From an uncultured Gammaproteobacteria bacterium (GTDB lineage Bacteria > Patescibacteriota > Patescibacteriia > UBA1558 > 2-01-FULL-52-15), in assembly GCA_964540995.1 (NCBI GenBank), contig CAZIOU010000001.1, positions 6,742 through 70,741 of the forward strand: a DNA stretch of 64,000 bases, given 5' to 3'. This document shows positions 54,474 to 64,000 of the stretch, piece by piece. Made by a program: the position numbers and the translations under genes. Position 1 is the first letter of the stretch. Every line of letters starts with the position of its first letter. The notes under the pieces are model-generated. The model made no database searches. It saw nothing but the letters and a program-made list of their open reading frames with translations, and was not told where the DNA came from.

Positions 54474-56771
54474 ATGAAATCTCTTCAATTGATCGGTCGT
54501 TCATTCGTTTGGACAGCAGTAGCGCTTATGCTTCTTGTTCCGATATATGTGAACAGTGACTTTTTCTTTCCGTTTATTTTTTCCAAGGCACTCGTCATCC
54601 GTATTGTTGTGGAGATTGGCTTGGCTGTATTATTGCTAAATGCTGCCTGGCTCATCAAAGATAAGATCAAGATTGATGTCGTGACAATTATTTTTGCCGT
54701 GTATTTATCTGTAATGTATGTGAGCTCCCTGCTGGGCGGAGATTTCTATCTTAGTTTCTGGAGCTATATCGAGCGTTCAGAGGGCTTACTATTGTGGACA
54801 CATCTTTTCTTATTGTATGTCATTATTCGTAATACAGTCACGTCGGAAAAGATGTGGATGATCATTTTTGATATTTTTTTTGCTGCAGCCCAAGTCGTGG
54901 CACTTGTGGGACTAGCTCAGTATCTTAACTGGGATTTCATCAATTCTCCTGGCATGGGAGAAGAACGTGTGGCATCTACCATTGGTAATGCTGCCTTTTT
55001 GGCTGGATACCTGCTATTTGCATTTTGGATCGGCATGTTCATGATCCTGAAACGATCGAAACGATGGTATGTCTACTATATCGCTGGCATGCTCGTGGAT
55101 ATATTCGTCATGTTTCAGACTGGTACACGCGGCGCCGTTCTTGGATTATTAGTAGGTATCGCCATCGCAGGCGTATATACGGTTGGTCGTTCATCAGTGA
55201 AAACAATTCGTCGTACAGGATTGATAGCGCTAACTATTATTATTGGATTTGTTGGGTTGGTATTTGCATTCAAAGATAGCTCAGTTGTGCAGTCAAATCT
55301 CGGTTTGCGTCGCTTAGCTAGCATTTCGGCTACCGATACCACAGCGCAAGCTCGTTTCCAGACTTGGGGTTCGGCTTGGCAGGGTTTCCAAGAGCGACCG
55401 CTATTAGGATATGGGCAAGAAAATTTCTATCTCGTATTTAATAAATATTTCAACCCATTGATTTATCGTCATGCGAATTCTCGTGTATGGTATGATCGTG
55501 CGCATAACATATTTATTGATCATTTGATTACGGGCGGTATCGTCGGTTTCATATTATATTCACTATTATTGGCGATTCCGCTGTGGTGGTTGGTACGCTA
55601 TCAGATACAAGAACGTCAGAAGCGGGGTGGTATTGATAAAGAACTATTACGTGAACAGATGATACTTATGGCACTTGTCGGGTTTATCGTACAAGGATTA
55701 TTTGTATTCGAGTCATTACCAGTGTATATTGGATTGTTATTATTGCTAGCGTATGTGAGCTGGCGCTATGGGCAAAAAACATGGCACATTCCGACTGTCA
55801 TTACACGTATAGCATCTATTGCTGTTATTATCGCCCTGATACCGGCTATGTATTTCTTCAATATTCGTGAAGCTCAAGCAAATCTGGCATCTATCGAGGG
55901 TATTACTGCTCAGTCGACAGATCCCGCTGCCGCCGTCGATGCTTATGATCGAGCAATTGAATATCAGTCATCGGGTACACAAGAATATCGTCGTCGATTG
56001 GCTGAATATGTAGCAGGGCTAGTTGCTAATCGATCATTATCTCCAGCGCAGTTAATCCCATTTGTGAGAAAAGTTGACACGGAATTGCAGCAGCGCGTTC
56101 AACAGAGTCCGCGTGATGTTTCGAATTATTTATTATACATGCGTTTCTTGAATACTACCTATGTTCTGGATCCGAATCGTTTATTATTAGTGCAAGCTCT
56201 TGCCGATAAAGCGCTGAATAATAGTCCAACACGTCCGCAGCTATACTATGAGTTAGGATATACTAACTTCTATCTTTATAAGTGGTATCTGCAAGAAGGA
56301 AAGATTGTAGAAGCGGCCGATGTTTATAAAAAAATGAAGATTAACTTTCAAAAATCGATTGATCTGAACCCCGGCGTAAAGGAGTCGTATGTAAATCTTG
56401 TAATGGTCCTTCTAGCCTCAAATAATAGTACTGAAGCTGATGAGTATTTGCATAGAATGGACGACCTTAAGATTACTTACACTGATAATGACACGATAAA
56501 TCGTGTTGTGAATGCTGCTATAGAGCAGAAGAATTACCTTTGGCTTAAGGATTTCTACCTGTTACTAAAGGCTCGATATCCTGAAGACCCAAACTACTAT
56601 ATTGGAGCGGCATTATCATATGCCAATCTTAGAGATTTTTCGAATGCTATTAAATACGCTACAGAAGCTAAACATTTTGGGGGTAATGTTGCAAAACAAT
56701 CAGAAATATTTATCAGTTGCGTCAATAATAAGACATATACATTTGAGCCTTCGTTTGCCTGTAAGCCATAA
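54474..56771 (+). CDS. O-antigen ligase/O-oligosaccharyltransferase family protein with TPR tail
   Basis: ERSEG, STIGN, TGTRGA, RPLLGYGQENF, DRAHN. Confidence 0.88.
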   Translation: MKSLQLIGRSFVWTAVALMLLVPIYVNSDFFFPFIFSKALVIRIVVEIGLAVLLLNAAWLIKDKIKIDVVTIIFAVYLSVMYVSSLLGGDFYLSFWSYIERSEGLLLWTHLFLLYVIIRNTVTSEKMWMIIFDIFFAAAQVVALVGLAQYLNWDFINSPGMGEERVASTIGNAAFLAGYLLFAFWIGMFMILKRSKRWYVYYIAGMLVDIFVMFQTGTRGAVLGLLVGIAIAGVYTVGRSSVKTIRRTGLIALTIIIGFVGLVFAFKDSSVVQSNLGLRRLASISATDTTAQARFQTWGSAWQGFQERPLLGYGQENFYLVFNKYFNPLIYRHANSRVWYDRAHNIFIDHLITGGIVGFILYSLLLAIPLWWLVRYQIQERQKRGGIDKELLREQMILMALVGFIVQGLFVFESLPVYIGLLLLLAYVSWRYGQKTWHIPTVITRIASIAVIIALIPAMYFFNIREAQANLASIEGITAQSTDPAAAVDAYDRAIEYQSSGTQEYRRRLAEYVAGLVANRSLSPAQLIPFVRKVDTELQQRVQQSPRDVSNYLLYMRFLNTTYVLDPNRLLLVQALADKALNNSPTRPQLYYELGYTNFYLYKWYLQEGKIVEAADVYKKMKINFQKSIDLNPGVKESYVNLVMVLLASNNSTEADEYLHRMDDLKITYTDNDTINRVVNAAIEQKNYLWLKDFYLLLKARYPEDPNYYIGAALSYANLRDFSNAIKYATEAKHFGGNVAKQSEIFISCVNNKTYTFEPSFACKP

Positions 56772-56779
56772 CGAATTGT

Positions 56780-58480
56780 ATGCCGGCATGGTTTCGAGCT
56801 CAACGATCAAGTTTGATAATATTCGGCATTGTAGCTATTGCGTCTCTCCTGCGGTTCTATGATTTAGGTCGGGCCGATCTGATTACTGATGAAGCCTCGA
56901 TAAATTGGCGGGCGATCGGCTACTTAGATTTCCTCGGAACTCCCTATCAGACCACGCCAGTCGAATGGCTCCAGACGTGGCCTTGGTGGTTGTCTATTTC
57001 CTTCCATGATCTGCCGCCCTTATTTTTCTTGATCCAACATTGGATATTCTCTCTTTTTGGAGTATCAGTCACAGTCATGCGTCTATTGCCAGCACTGGCC
57101 GGTGTAGCTTCGGTAATTATGGTGCATGTCATCGGTCGCCGCTTGGTAGGACGGGCCTCTGGCTTGGTGGCCTCAGCCCTGATAGCTATCAATAGTTATC
57201 ACCTGTGGATATCTAGGATCGCGATGCAGGAGTCGTTGGTTATCTTGTGGATCTTGTTGGCGTTCTGGTGCGCTCTGCGAGTAAGAGAGGATAAACGTTG
57301 GTGGTATGCCTTTGGTGTGATTACTGGACTGGCCATCATGACCAAGATACACGGTATCATCATTATCCCTATCGTCTTGACCTATTATCTGTGGCAGCAG
57401 CGATCAGTCTGGCGGACCAAAGAGCTGTATCTATCATGGTTAATTATTGCCATCATTGTAAGTCCCTACATTGTCTATAACATCATGATGTATCGGACGT
57501 TTGGACATTTTGATTATCAGTTTTCTTATCTCTTTCATCAGTCAGTCGATGCCTGGAAAGTTCGACCGGGGAGAGAAGAGTTTTCCACTTTAGCAGCCTC
57601 ATTTCAGTATTTTTTCGTCAATCTACGAGAATCCTTTACCCCACTATTTTCAGTTGTTCTCTTGCTAGCTGTGGTATATCCTCTGCTCCGCTGGCGCGAC
57701 TTGAGTGATCAGCGACGTCAGGCTATTGGCTGGCTAGGAGTAGCGATGCTATGGACCTTTGTGCTGTTGATGGTTATTGGTTCGAGTCGTCGGTTTCTGA
57801 CCTTGATGTTGCCGTGGGTCTTCTTGTGGCTCGGTGTGGTGTTGAGTTCTATTCGTTTTCGACGATTCCGTTGGCTATTTTACAGTCTGGGAGTTGTTTG
57901 GGTGGTTTACGAGCTTGTATTTGCTATCAATACCAGTGTGGCCGATCTGAAATGGGGCTCTGAAGGGTGGGGCTATTCTTGTCTACGTTATCAAGTGATG
58001 CCCTATGGCTACCGTCAGCTGGAAGCGTCTGTTGATAATATCTTAGCTGGCAAGAAGCCGGCAGTTACCTTGCCAATCGCTAATGCTAATTTGCGTCACG
58101 TGACTGAGCAAAGATATGCCAGTTTAACTGGGCAACCCGAGCCGGCAATGATCATTTATGATCCACGAATGTACGGCGAAGAAGTATTCTGGACTTTGAC
58201 ACGACGCCTCATCTATCAAGGTTGGCCAGTATTGTCCTATGGAGTCTATCAAGAAGCGCAGGCGGGGAATGGACCAGACTTTTTCCGTAAGTTGGGAATC
58301 ACTGACTACTATTTTATCGATGCACATCAAGCAACGTTGCAGTCACCGTCATTTGACGAGTCTGTCGCTGCGGCTGATGCCTTTATCCAACAACTACAGT
58401 CCAAAGCAGAAGTTGTTCAGGAGATTAAGGACACCAGCGGCCGAGTAGTATTTACTATCTATCATTGGCAAACACTATGA
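56780..58480 (+). CDS. GT39/ArnT-like (GT-C) glycosyltransferase
   Basis: LRFYDLG...DEA, HDLPPLF, MRLLPALAG, AIMTK. Confidence 0.87.
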   Translation: MPAWFRAQRSSLIIFGIVAIASLLRFYDLGRADLITDEASINWRAIGYLDFLGTPYQTTPVEWLQTWPWWLSISFHDLPPLFFLIQHWIFSLFGVSVTVMRLLPALAGVASVIMVHVIGRRLVGRASGLVASALIAINSYHLWISRIAMQESLVILWILLAFWCALRVREDKRWWYAFGVITGLAIMTKIHGIIIIPIVLTYYLWQQRSVWRTKELYLSWLIIAIIVSPYIVYNIMMYRTFGHFDYQFSYLFHQSVDAWKVRPGREEFSTLAASFQYFFVNLRESFTPLFSVVLLLAVVYPLLRWRDLSDQRRQAIGWLGVAMLWTFVLLMVIGSSRRFLTLMLPWVFLWLGVVLSSIRFRRFRWLFYSLGVVWVVYELVFAINTSVADLKWGSEGWGYSCLRYQVMPYGYRQLEASVDNILAGKKPAVTLPIANANLRHVTEQRYASLTGQPEPAMIIYDPRMYGEEVFWTLTRRLIYQGWPVLSYGVYQEAQAGNGPDFFRKLGITDYYFIDAHQATLQSPSFDESVAAADAFIQQLQSKAEVVQEIKDTSGRVVFTIYHWQTL

Positions 58481-60906
58481 AGCAGCTTGATTGGATGCGT
58501 TCGGTATTGGCAGAGCGACCTGACTGGTATGAGTCGGTGTTGCTGACGTGCTTTCGTGTTTGTGTTGGGTTGAGCTTATTGGTGCCGCTAATTTATTCAA
58601 CACAATTGATGTATGGAGTATCAACGGCGAAGCACTTTTTCTTTCGCACGATTGTCTCCTTGATGGCGTTATTCTACGCGCTCTTGGCGAGTCACAATCG
58701 CAAATACCTGCCACGACCGTCGCTGATAACCTTTAGTCTCTTAGGCATATTTCTAGCCTATACCATCTCGAGCGTTGTGGCTGGTACAGCTATCAGCAGC
58801 TTCTGGGGTAACTATCTGCGGATGGACGGACTCCTCGGGTGGGGCTATCTCTTGGTCTATTATCTGACATTGACTCATGTCTTGGTTGATAATGATTGGT
58901 GGCGGTTATTGGTAGTGGTTATTACTGTTGGCTATTGGGTTTCGCTGGTAGCTGTCAGTCAGTATCTGGGAGCTTCTATAATCTTGGTGTCGACTGGTGG
59001 CGTGCGATCAACGGCCACCTTTGGGAATGCGGCTTATTATGGCTGGTACCAAATGATAGTGGTCTTCTTATTGCTCTTACTCTGGGTGCAGAAGCAACGT
59101 AAATTGTATTCTGCTTACGTGTATAGCTTCCTGCTAGCCGATATTATAATCGTATCCTATGTGGCGTGGTCGCATTTTGTTCGTCATCAGCCCAATGATT
59201 TTGACTATCTATTCCGCAATATATTTCTTTTATCTGTAACGATTTGGATTCAATGGCTGGCCTGGCGCTATTGGCGGAGCCGCAGAGAGATTTATCGATC
59301 GGCGTTATTAGTGTCATTAATCATCGTTGGTTGTTTTGGTATGTATGCCAGCCAAAGCAAGGCGGCGCTGGTGGCAACGACCGTTGGCTTGGTTACTGCG
59401 GGCGTAGTGACGTTGGTCGGTCGTAGGCAGCTGACTCGACGTAGCTATGGCTGGCTCGGTCTGGTTATCCTAGCCATGGTAGTAGTACTAGCTTCGAGTG
59501 CGAGTAGGCCAGTATCGTCTGTGATGTCCTCGGTAGTACAGTCCAAATCTTTCCACGATCGAGCGCTGGTCTGGGGTGCTGCTACACAAGCATTCCTAGC
59601 CAAGCCATTGCTCGGGTGGGGTATGGACAATTTCCCGGTCGCTTTTGATCGTTATTACCCGAGCGATCTCTACGATTCTGCTAATGCTCCGATCTGGTAT
59701 GACAAAGCGCATAGCATTTATGGTCAATATGCTGTCGAGGGTGGAGTGTTGGTAGTACTGGGATATCTGGTGCTGCTATACGCGTTGGTACGAGCGGTCC
59801 GTCGATGGACCACAGGATCTCGGGCTATAAAATATGTCTTAATAGGATTTGGCCTAGCCTATCTCTGTATCGGGTTGGTCTACTTTGATACTGTTGCCAA
59901 TGCACCGCTGCTATTCTTGCTACTAGCCATGATTCGTCAGCAAGCGCGACCCGATCGAGTTGTAGCCCTGCAGTCACCCTTAGAACTCCTGATACCGCGA
60001 GCCGCCACCGGTGTGCTGATAGTCTTGGGCTCGCTGCTCTTCTGGTACAATTTCACCGCTCGTCAGCTCATTACTAATGCCAATTATATGAAGCAAGTGG
60101 CCTCAGTTCAGGCTGCTATTCAGACAGACTCTCCCGTCGCCTTGGATTTGCTCCATGCGGTCGTTACCAACTCACCTACAATGGGGAAGACAGACCTACG
60201 TTCGCAATTTGGCACTATTATGGGTGATCTGATGGTCGCCAAGCCTGATGATCCAGAAGTTCGTCGTTATGTGCCGATCGGGCTGACTGATTTGCAGAAG
60301 AATTCTGGTAAGCGTACCAATCTGGTTCTACCTGTGGTAGAGATTGCCAATTATACGATTATCGCTGGCCGATTGGACCCGCAGTACTGGTCTTACGGTC
60401 AAGAGGTGGTAGATCGTCTGCTCGTAGCTGCTCCGTCTCGTATTCAGCTCTATTATTTGGCTGGCAGACTGCATATCCTCCGAGGTCAAACAGCTGAAGG
60501 TTTGGCTTACTTTCAGCGAGCGATTGATCAGAAACCAATGTTTGATACCTATTTTAATTATTATAAGCAAATGGTGACCTTGGTGCCGGAGCAGGAGAGC
60601 GAAGTTTTCTTACATGATCATTTGCAAGCATATTCGCTTGGTGAGCGTTTTCAAATTATTAACTTTGATCTATCGCTCAATCAGCCTCAGCGAGCTCTAA
60701 CGCATTTGATGGCTATGGCTAGCGATGTCAATCAGGATCGTACCAATCAGACGCAGCAAGTTGCCCATTGGCAACGATTGGCGGCGATCGCTTACTCGCA
60801 ACTAGGTGATAATGAAAAAGCTCTGACGGCTGCCCGTCAAAGCTACATGCTTGATCCTATTACTAATGCTGATCTGCCTCACTATTTTCCGCAGCTAACT
60901 CAATAA
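58465..60906 (+). CDS. Second O-antigen ligase family protein with TPR tail
   Basis: LRMDG, ATFGN, SQSKAA, KPLLGWGMDNF, DKAHS. Confidence 0.85.
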   Translation: MANTMKQLDWMRSVLAERPDWYESVLLTCFRVCVGLSLLVPLIYSTQLMYGVSTAKHFFFRTIVSLMALFYALLASHNRKYLPRPSLITFSLLGIFLAYTISSVVAGTAISSFWGNYLRMDGLLGWGYLLVYYLTLTHVLVDNDWWRLLVVVITVGYWVSLVAVSQYLGASIILVSTGGVRSTATFGNAAYYGWYQMIVVFLLLLLWVQKQRKLYSAYVYSFLLADIIIVSYVAWSHFVRHQPNDFDYLFRNIFLLSVTIWIQWLAWRYWRSRREIYRSALLVSLIIVGCFGMYASQSKAALVATTVGLVTAGVVTLVGRRQLTRRSYGWLGLVILAMVVVLASSASRPVSSVMSSVVQSKSFHDRALVWGAATQAFLAKPLLGWGMDNFPVAFDRYYPSDLYDSANAPIWYDKAHSIYGQYAVEGGVLVVLGYLVLLYALVRAVRRWTTGSRAIKYVLIGFGLAYLCIGLVYFDTVANAPLLFLLLAMIRQQARPDRVVALQSPLELLIPRAATGVLIVLGSLLFWYNFTARQLITNANYMKQVASVQAAIQTDSPVALDLLHAVVTNSPTMGKTDLRSQFGTIMGDLMVAKPDDPEVRRYVPIGLTDLQKNSGKRTNLVLPVVEIANYTIIAGRLDPQYWSYGQEVVDRLLVAAPSRIQLYYLAGRLHILRGQTAEGLAYFQRAIDQKPMFDTYFNYYKQMVTLVPEQESEVFLHDHLQAYSLGERFQIINFDLSLNQPQRALTHLMAMASDVNQDRTNQTQQVAHWQRLAAIAYSQLGDNEKALTAARQSYMLDPITNADLPHYFPQLTQ

Positions 60907-62106
60907 TTCTTCATAGACCTGACTGGTTTTGTCTATCATATGCTCGGCCGAGAACTCGCTACGAACGAATCGTTCGAGTGCAGCAGCACACTGACTGCGT
61001 TGGTCGCTGCCCGTCAGAGCTTGGCGGATCGTGTCGGCTAAAGCCTGACTATGAGCTGGTGGCACGAGCCAACCGGTTACTCCGTCTTCGATAATTTCGG
61101 GGATACCACCGACGCGAGTGGCGATGACTGGTAATGTGGCTAGTCCAGCCTCTAAGAGAGCGTAGGGATGACCTTCTTTGACCGAAGGCAGGACGAAGAG
61201 GTCAAAAGCTTTCAAATATTTCCACGCTTGCGGTTTCTCACCGAGGAGATGAAAACGTTCGGTCATCTTATGACTGTCGATTAAGAATTGCAAGCGAGCC
61301 TTCTGCGGGCCGTCACCGATTATAGCGAATTGCAGTTGTTGATCATCAATTTTGGTTGCGGCTTCGATTAGGTAGGTCAAACCTTTGGTAGGATAGTGGG
61401 AGGCGATGGAACCGACGATCGTAGCTTCTGGTGACAATCCGAGTTCTTGTCGGGCTTGTTCACGCGTCAGAAATATACTTGTGTCAGGCGTTAGACCATT
61501 ATGAATAGTAGTAAATGATTCCAATGGCGCGATACGATGCTTGATACCACTTACTTTGGATTGATCAGACACCGTGATGATGCGATCTTTCCAGCGTGCG
61601 CCGAGTCGTTCGACCCAGATATAGAGTTGTCTGACTAGTGCTGGCAATGGTTCATCGAAGACAAAGCCATGCGCTGTGTAGACGACGGCTATTTTCTTGG
61701 CGGCTGTTCGATTGTACCAATGAGCAGCCAGACTAGCGGTAAAACCAGCCATAGAGCTATTGATATGAATAATTTCTGGCTGGAGCTGACGGTAGAGGCG
61801 CTGTAACTCCCAGATGCTCTGCAGATTGCGGATAGGATTAATGCCTCGCTGCAAGTAGGTTAAGCGGTGCACAGTGATTTCGGGATGAAGGTCTAAGGGC
61901 TGGAAAAATTTGGGATCTTGGTCATTTAACTCTCCGACAGCGACACTGACCGAATTATGAGCAGCAAAAGCCGTCGCCAATTCCAAGACATACTTCTGAG
62001 CACCGCCAAACTTACTTTGGGTGATAATATAGAGAATTTTGTGACCGCTAATCATAGGCATATTCGTTGTATACTGTACCAAATAGGCTAGGCTTTGTAT
62101 AGACAA
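60895..62106 (-). CDS. Glycosyltransferase family 4
   Basis: FGGAQKYV, YTAHG, PSVKEGHPYALLEA, TRVGGIPE; start may be ATG ~62061. Confidence 0.93.
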   Translation of the reverse strand: MSIQSLAYLVQYTTNMPMISGHKILYIITQSKFGGAQKYVLELATAFAAHNSVSVAVGELNDQDPKFFQPLDLHPEITVHRLTYLQRGINPIRNLQSIWELQRLYRQLQPEIIHINSSMAGFTASLAAHWYNRTAAKKIAVVYTAHGFVFDEPLPALVRQLYIWVERLGARWKDRIITVSDQSKVSGIKHRIAPLESFTTIHNGLTPDTSIFLTREQARQELGLSPEATIVGSIASHYPTKGLTYLIEAATKIDDQQLQFAIIGDGPQKARLQFLIDSHKMTERFHLLGEKPQAWKYLKAFDLFVLPSVKEGHPYALLEAGLATLPVIATRVGGIPEIIEDGVTGWLVPPAHSQALADTIRQALTGSDQRSQCAAALERFVRSEFSAEHMIDKTSQVYEELLS

Positions 62107-62186
62107 AAGGGCTTGAAAAATGCTAGGAAATCTGGCATAGTCATACGGTATATTGGATAGCTTCTAAGCTCACTATTTGGCTAACT

Positions 62187-63335
62187 ATGGCGAAAAGACT
62201 GCTAATATTTTCTCTTACTTACTACCCTTTTGTCGGAGGAGCAGAGGTAGCGATCAAAGAAATTGTTGATCGTTTAACGGATTTTGATGCTGTTTTATTG
62301 ACGGCACGACTTCAAGCTGACCTGCCAGCAGAAGAAACTTTGGGACGTATTCAAGTGATTCGTCTCGGTCGGGGTAACCGTTGGGATAAATACTTCTTTG
62401 CCTTCCGCGCTGCTAGACGCGCTTACCAGCTGCACTCATTTCAGCGATTTGATCTCGCCTGGGCCATGATGGCCAATTATGCCGGCTTAGCTGCTTGGCT
62501 TTTTCGTTTACGATCACGTGTCCCGTATCTCTTAACTGAACAGAGCGGTGATTCAGCTTGGTTTATCTGGAAGCGAGTTTGGTTCTGGTTACCGATTTAT
62601 CGCTCGATGTATAAGAAAGCGGTGCGTATTCAAGCCATCAGTAAGAGCTTAGCTCGTCGGGCGCGTTTCTTCGGTCATAAGAAAGAAATAGCCATCATTC
62701 CTAACGGCGTTGATTTGGAAGTTTTTCACAATACGGTAAGTCCTGACCAACGACAAGCTTACCGCCATGAATTGGGTATTAGTGATGATGAATGGGTAGT
62801 GATCACTACCAGCCGATTGGTTTTTAAAAATGCCATCGATGATCTACTCAAAGCGATTAACGACGCTCGTTATAAGCTGGGAGTGCCTGCTCGGTTGCTG
62901 ATTGTCGGTGAAGGACCGGATCGGCGAGCCTTAGAATCTCTCGCAATTCAGAAGGGTGTGGCACAATACGTGTCTTTCTATGGTCACATTGATCATTTGG
63001 ATATGACCAAATATATGGCAGCCTCTGATGTCTTCTGCCGTCCGTCTTTGACTGAAGGATTGGGTAATTCATTTCTGGAAGCCATGGCTTACGGCTTACC
63101 AATTATCGCAACACCGGTTGGTGGTATTGTTGATTTCTTGACCGACGGTGAGACTGGTCTTTCTTGTCAGGTTCGTAAGCCGATGACTATCGCTCAAGCT
63201 ATCGAACGCTATTATCGCGATCGGGAATTGTATCGACATATCCAGTCTCGTGGTCAGGAGTTGATTCGTGAACGCTATGATTGGAATAAAGTGGCAGCCG
63301 AGATGAATAGTCTATTCATTAGTTGTATTCGGTAA
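62187..63335 (+). CDS. Glycosyltransferase family 4
   Basis: YYPFVGGAE, IPNGVD, PSLTEGLGNSFLEAMA. Confidence 0.94.
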   Translation: MAKRLLIFSLTYYPFVGGAEVAIKEIVDRLTDFDAVLLTARLQADLPAEETLGRIQVIRLGRGNRWDKYFFAFRAARRAYQLHSFQRFDLAWAMMANYAGLAAWLFRLRSRVPYLLTEQSGDSAWFIWKRVWFWLPIYRSMYKKAVRIQAISKSLARRARFFGHKKEIAIIPNGVDLEVFHNTVSPDQRQAYRHELGISDDEWVVITTSRLVFKNAIDDLLKAINDARYKLGVPARLLIVGEGPDRRALESLAIQKGVAQYVSFYGHIDHLDMTKYMAASDVFCRPSLTEGLGNSFLEAMAYGLPIIATPVGGIVDFLTDGETGLSCQVRKPMTIAQAIERYYRDRELYRHIQSRGQELIRERYDWNKVAAEMNSLFISCIR

Positions 63336-63336
63336 T

Positions 63337-64000
63337 ATGAAATCAGCTTCAGATCTACGTATTCTCATGATTAGCCTCGACCCGGCTTTTTTGGGACAAG
63401 GCAGTGGAGATGTGTTGCAACGACACATCGATTATGCTGCCAGAGTTAAATCCTTGGATATAATCCTCATCGGAGGTAATCAGGCTGTTTCCAAGAAGAT
63501 AACCGACCAGCTCACTATTCATAGTACTGGAGGGCAGGGGTTATTTAAGGCCTTCAAAGCCTATGCCATCGGTCAGCGACTAGCTGCTCAAGGTATTGAT
63601 CTGATCGATACCCAAGATCCTCATATGACGGGACTTATCGGTTGGTTATTGAAACGCAAGTTTGGTCTGCCTTTGGAAGTTCACTGTCATGGTGACTTTA
63701 TTGCTAATCCCTACTGGCGGGCAGAATCTTGGAAAAATCGCTGGTATGAGCTGTTGCAAAATTTTATTTTTAAGCGTGCCGATGGTATTCGTGTGGTGTC
63801 ATCTTTGATCGCCGCCAAGATTGAACAAGCTCAATTGACCAAGGCTCCGGTGGTGACGATCAATACCCCGGTTAATATAGAAACATTCATACCAATACAG
63901 GGTCAACCAGAGGATAATCCCAAACGAATTGCATTTGTTGGGCGGTTGGTAGCAGCAAAGAATCTCTATTTATTGCTTCATGTTATTAGGGTGCTGCAAC
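63337..64000 (+). CDS. Glycosyltransferase family 4 (3'-truncated by window)
   Basis: Manual translation MKSASDLRILMISLD...DTQDP...HCHGD...FVGRLVAAKN. Confidence 0.85.
   Translation, partial: MKSASDLRILMISLDPAFLGQGSGDVLQRHIDYAARVKSLDIILIGGNQAVSKKITDQLTIHSTGGQGLFKAFKAYAIGQRLAAQGIDLIDTQDPHMTGLIGWLLKRKFGLPLEVHCHGDFIANPYWRAESWKNRWYELLQNFIFKRADGIRVVSSLIAAKIEQAQLTKAPVVTINTPVNIETFIPIQGQPEDNPKRIAFVGRLVAAKNLYLLLHVIRVLQ

Noticed and set aside
1-64000. Alternative genetic code (TGA=Gly), or a DGR/retron system
   Set aside because: Conserved genes are full length in code 11 and some end in TGA. No reverse transcriptase or TR/VR pair is seen.

Overview
This window looks like a Patescibacteria (CPR, probably Parcubacteria/ABY1-like) chromosome segment in standard code 11. 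The assignment is inferred from tandem gpmI, DUF5667, CPR-type surface-protein repeats and mostly SD-less core genes. Housekeeping blocks are pgk-SIMPL-eno-gpmI-gpmI-mutM, uppP-mltG, rplJ-rplL with an L10 leader, mraZ-rsmH-ftsL-ftsI-murF, uppS and tRNA-Glu(CTC). Accessory content: (1) an RHS toxin/immunity pair with an unusual internal insertion; (2) a ~9 kb island next to tRNA-Glu carrying a serine recombinase, AIPR, a two-gene CBASS-like module (1TM-Rossmannoid protein plus CD-NTase with AGS-C domain) and DUF4238; (3) several self-contained promoter-SD-ORF-terminator cassettes; (4) an ECF sigma, DUF5667, giant surface protein and glycosylation locus. The best candidates for undescribed biology are non-coding: a ~730-nt minus-strand transcription unit at 15.0-15.8 kb made of hairpins and strong SD sites driving 4-23 aa micro-ORFs, and a ~680-nt multi-domain pseudoknotted RNA in front of the S-layer-like gene. 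A family of 7-nt-periodic intergenic repeats is also present, with one copy in frame inside the RHS gene. All calls come from reading the sequence by eye; no searches or folding programs were run.
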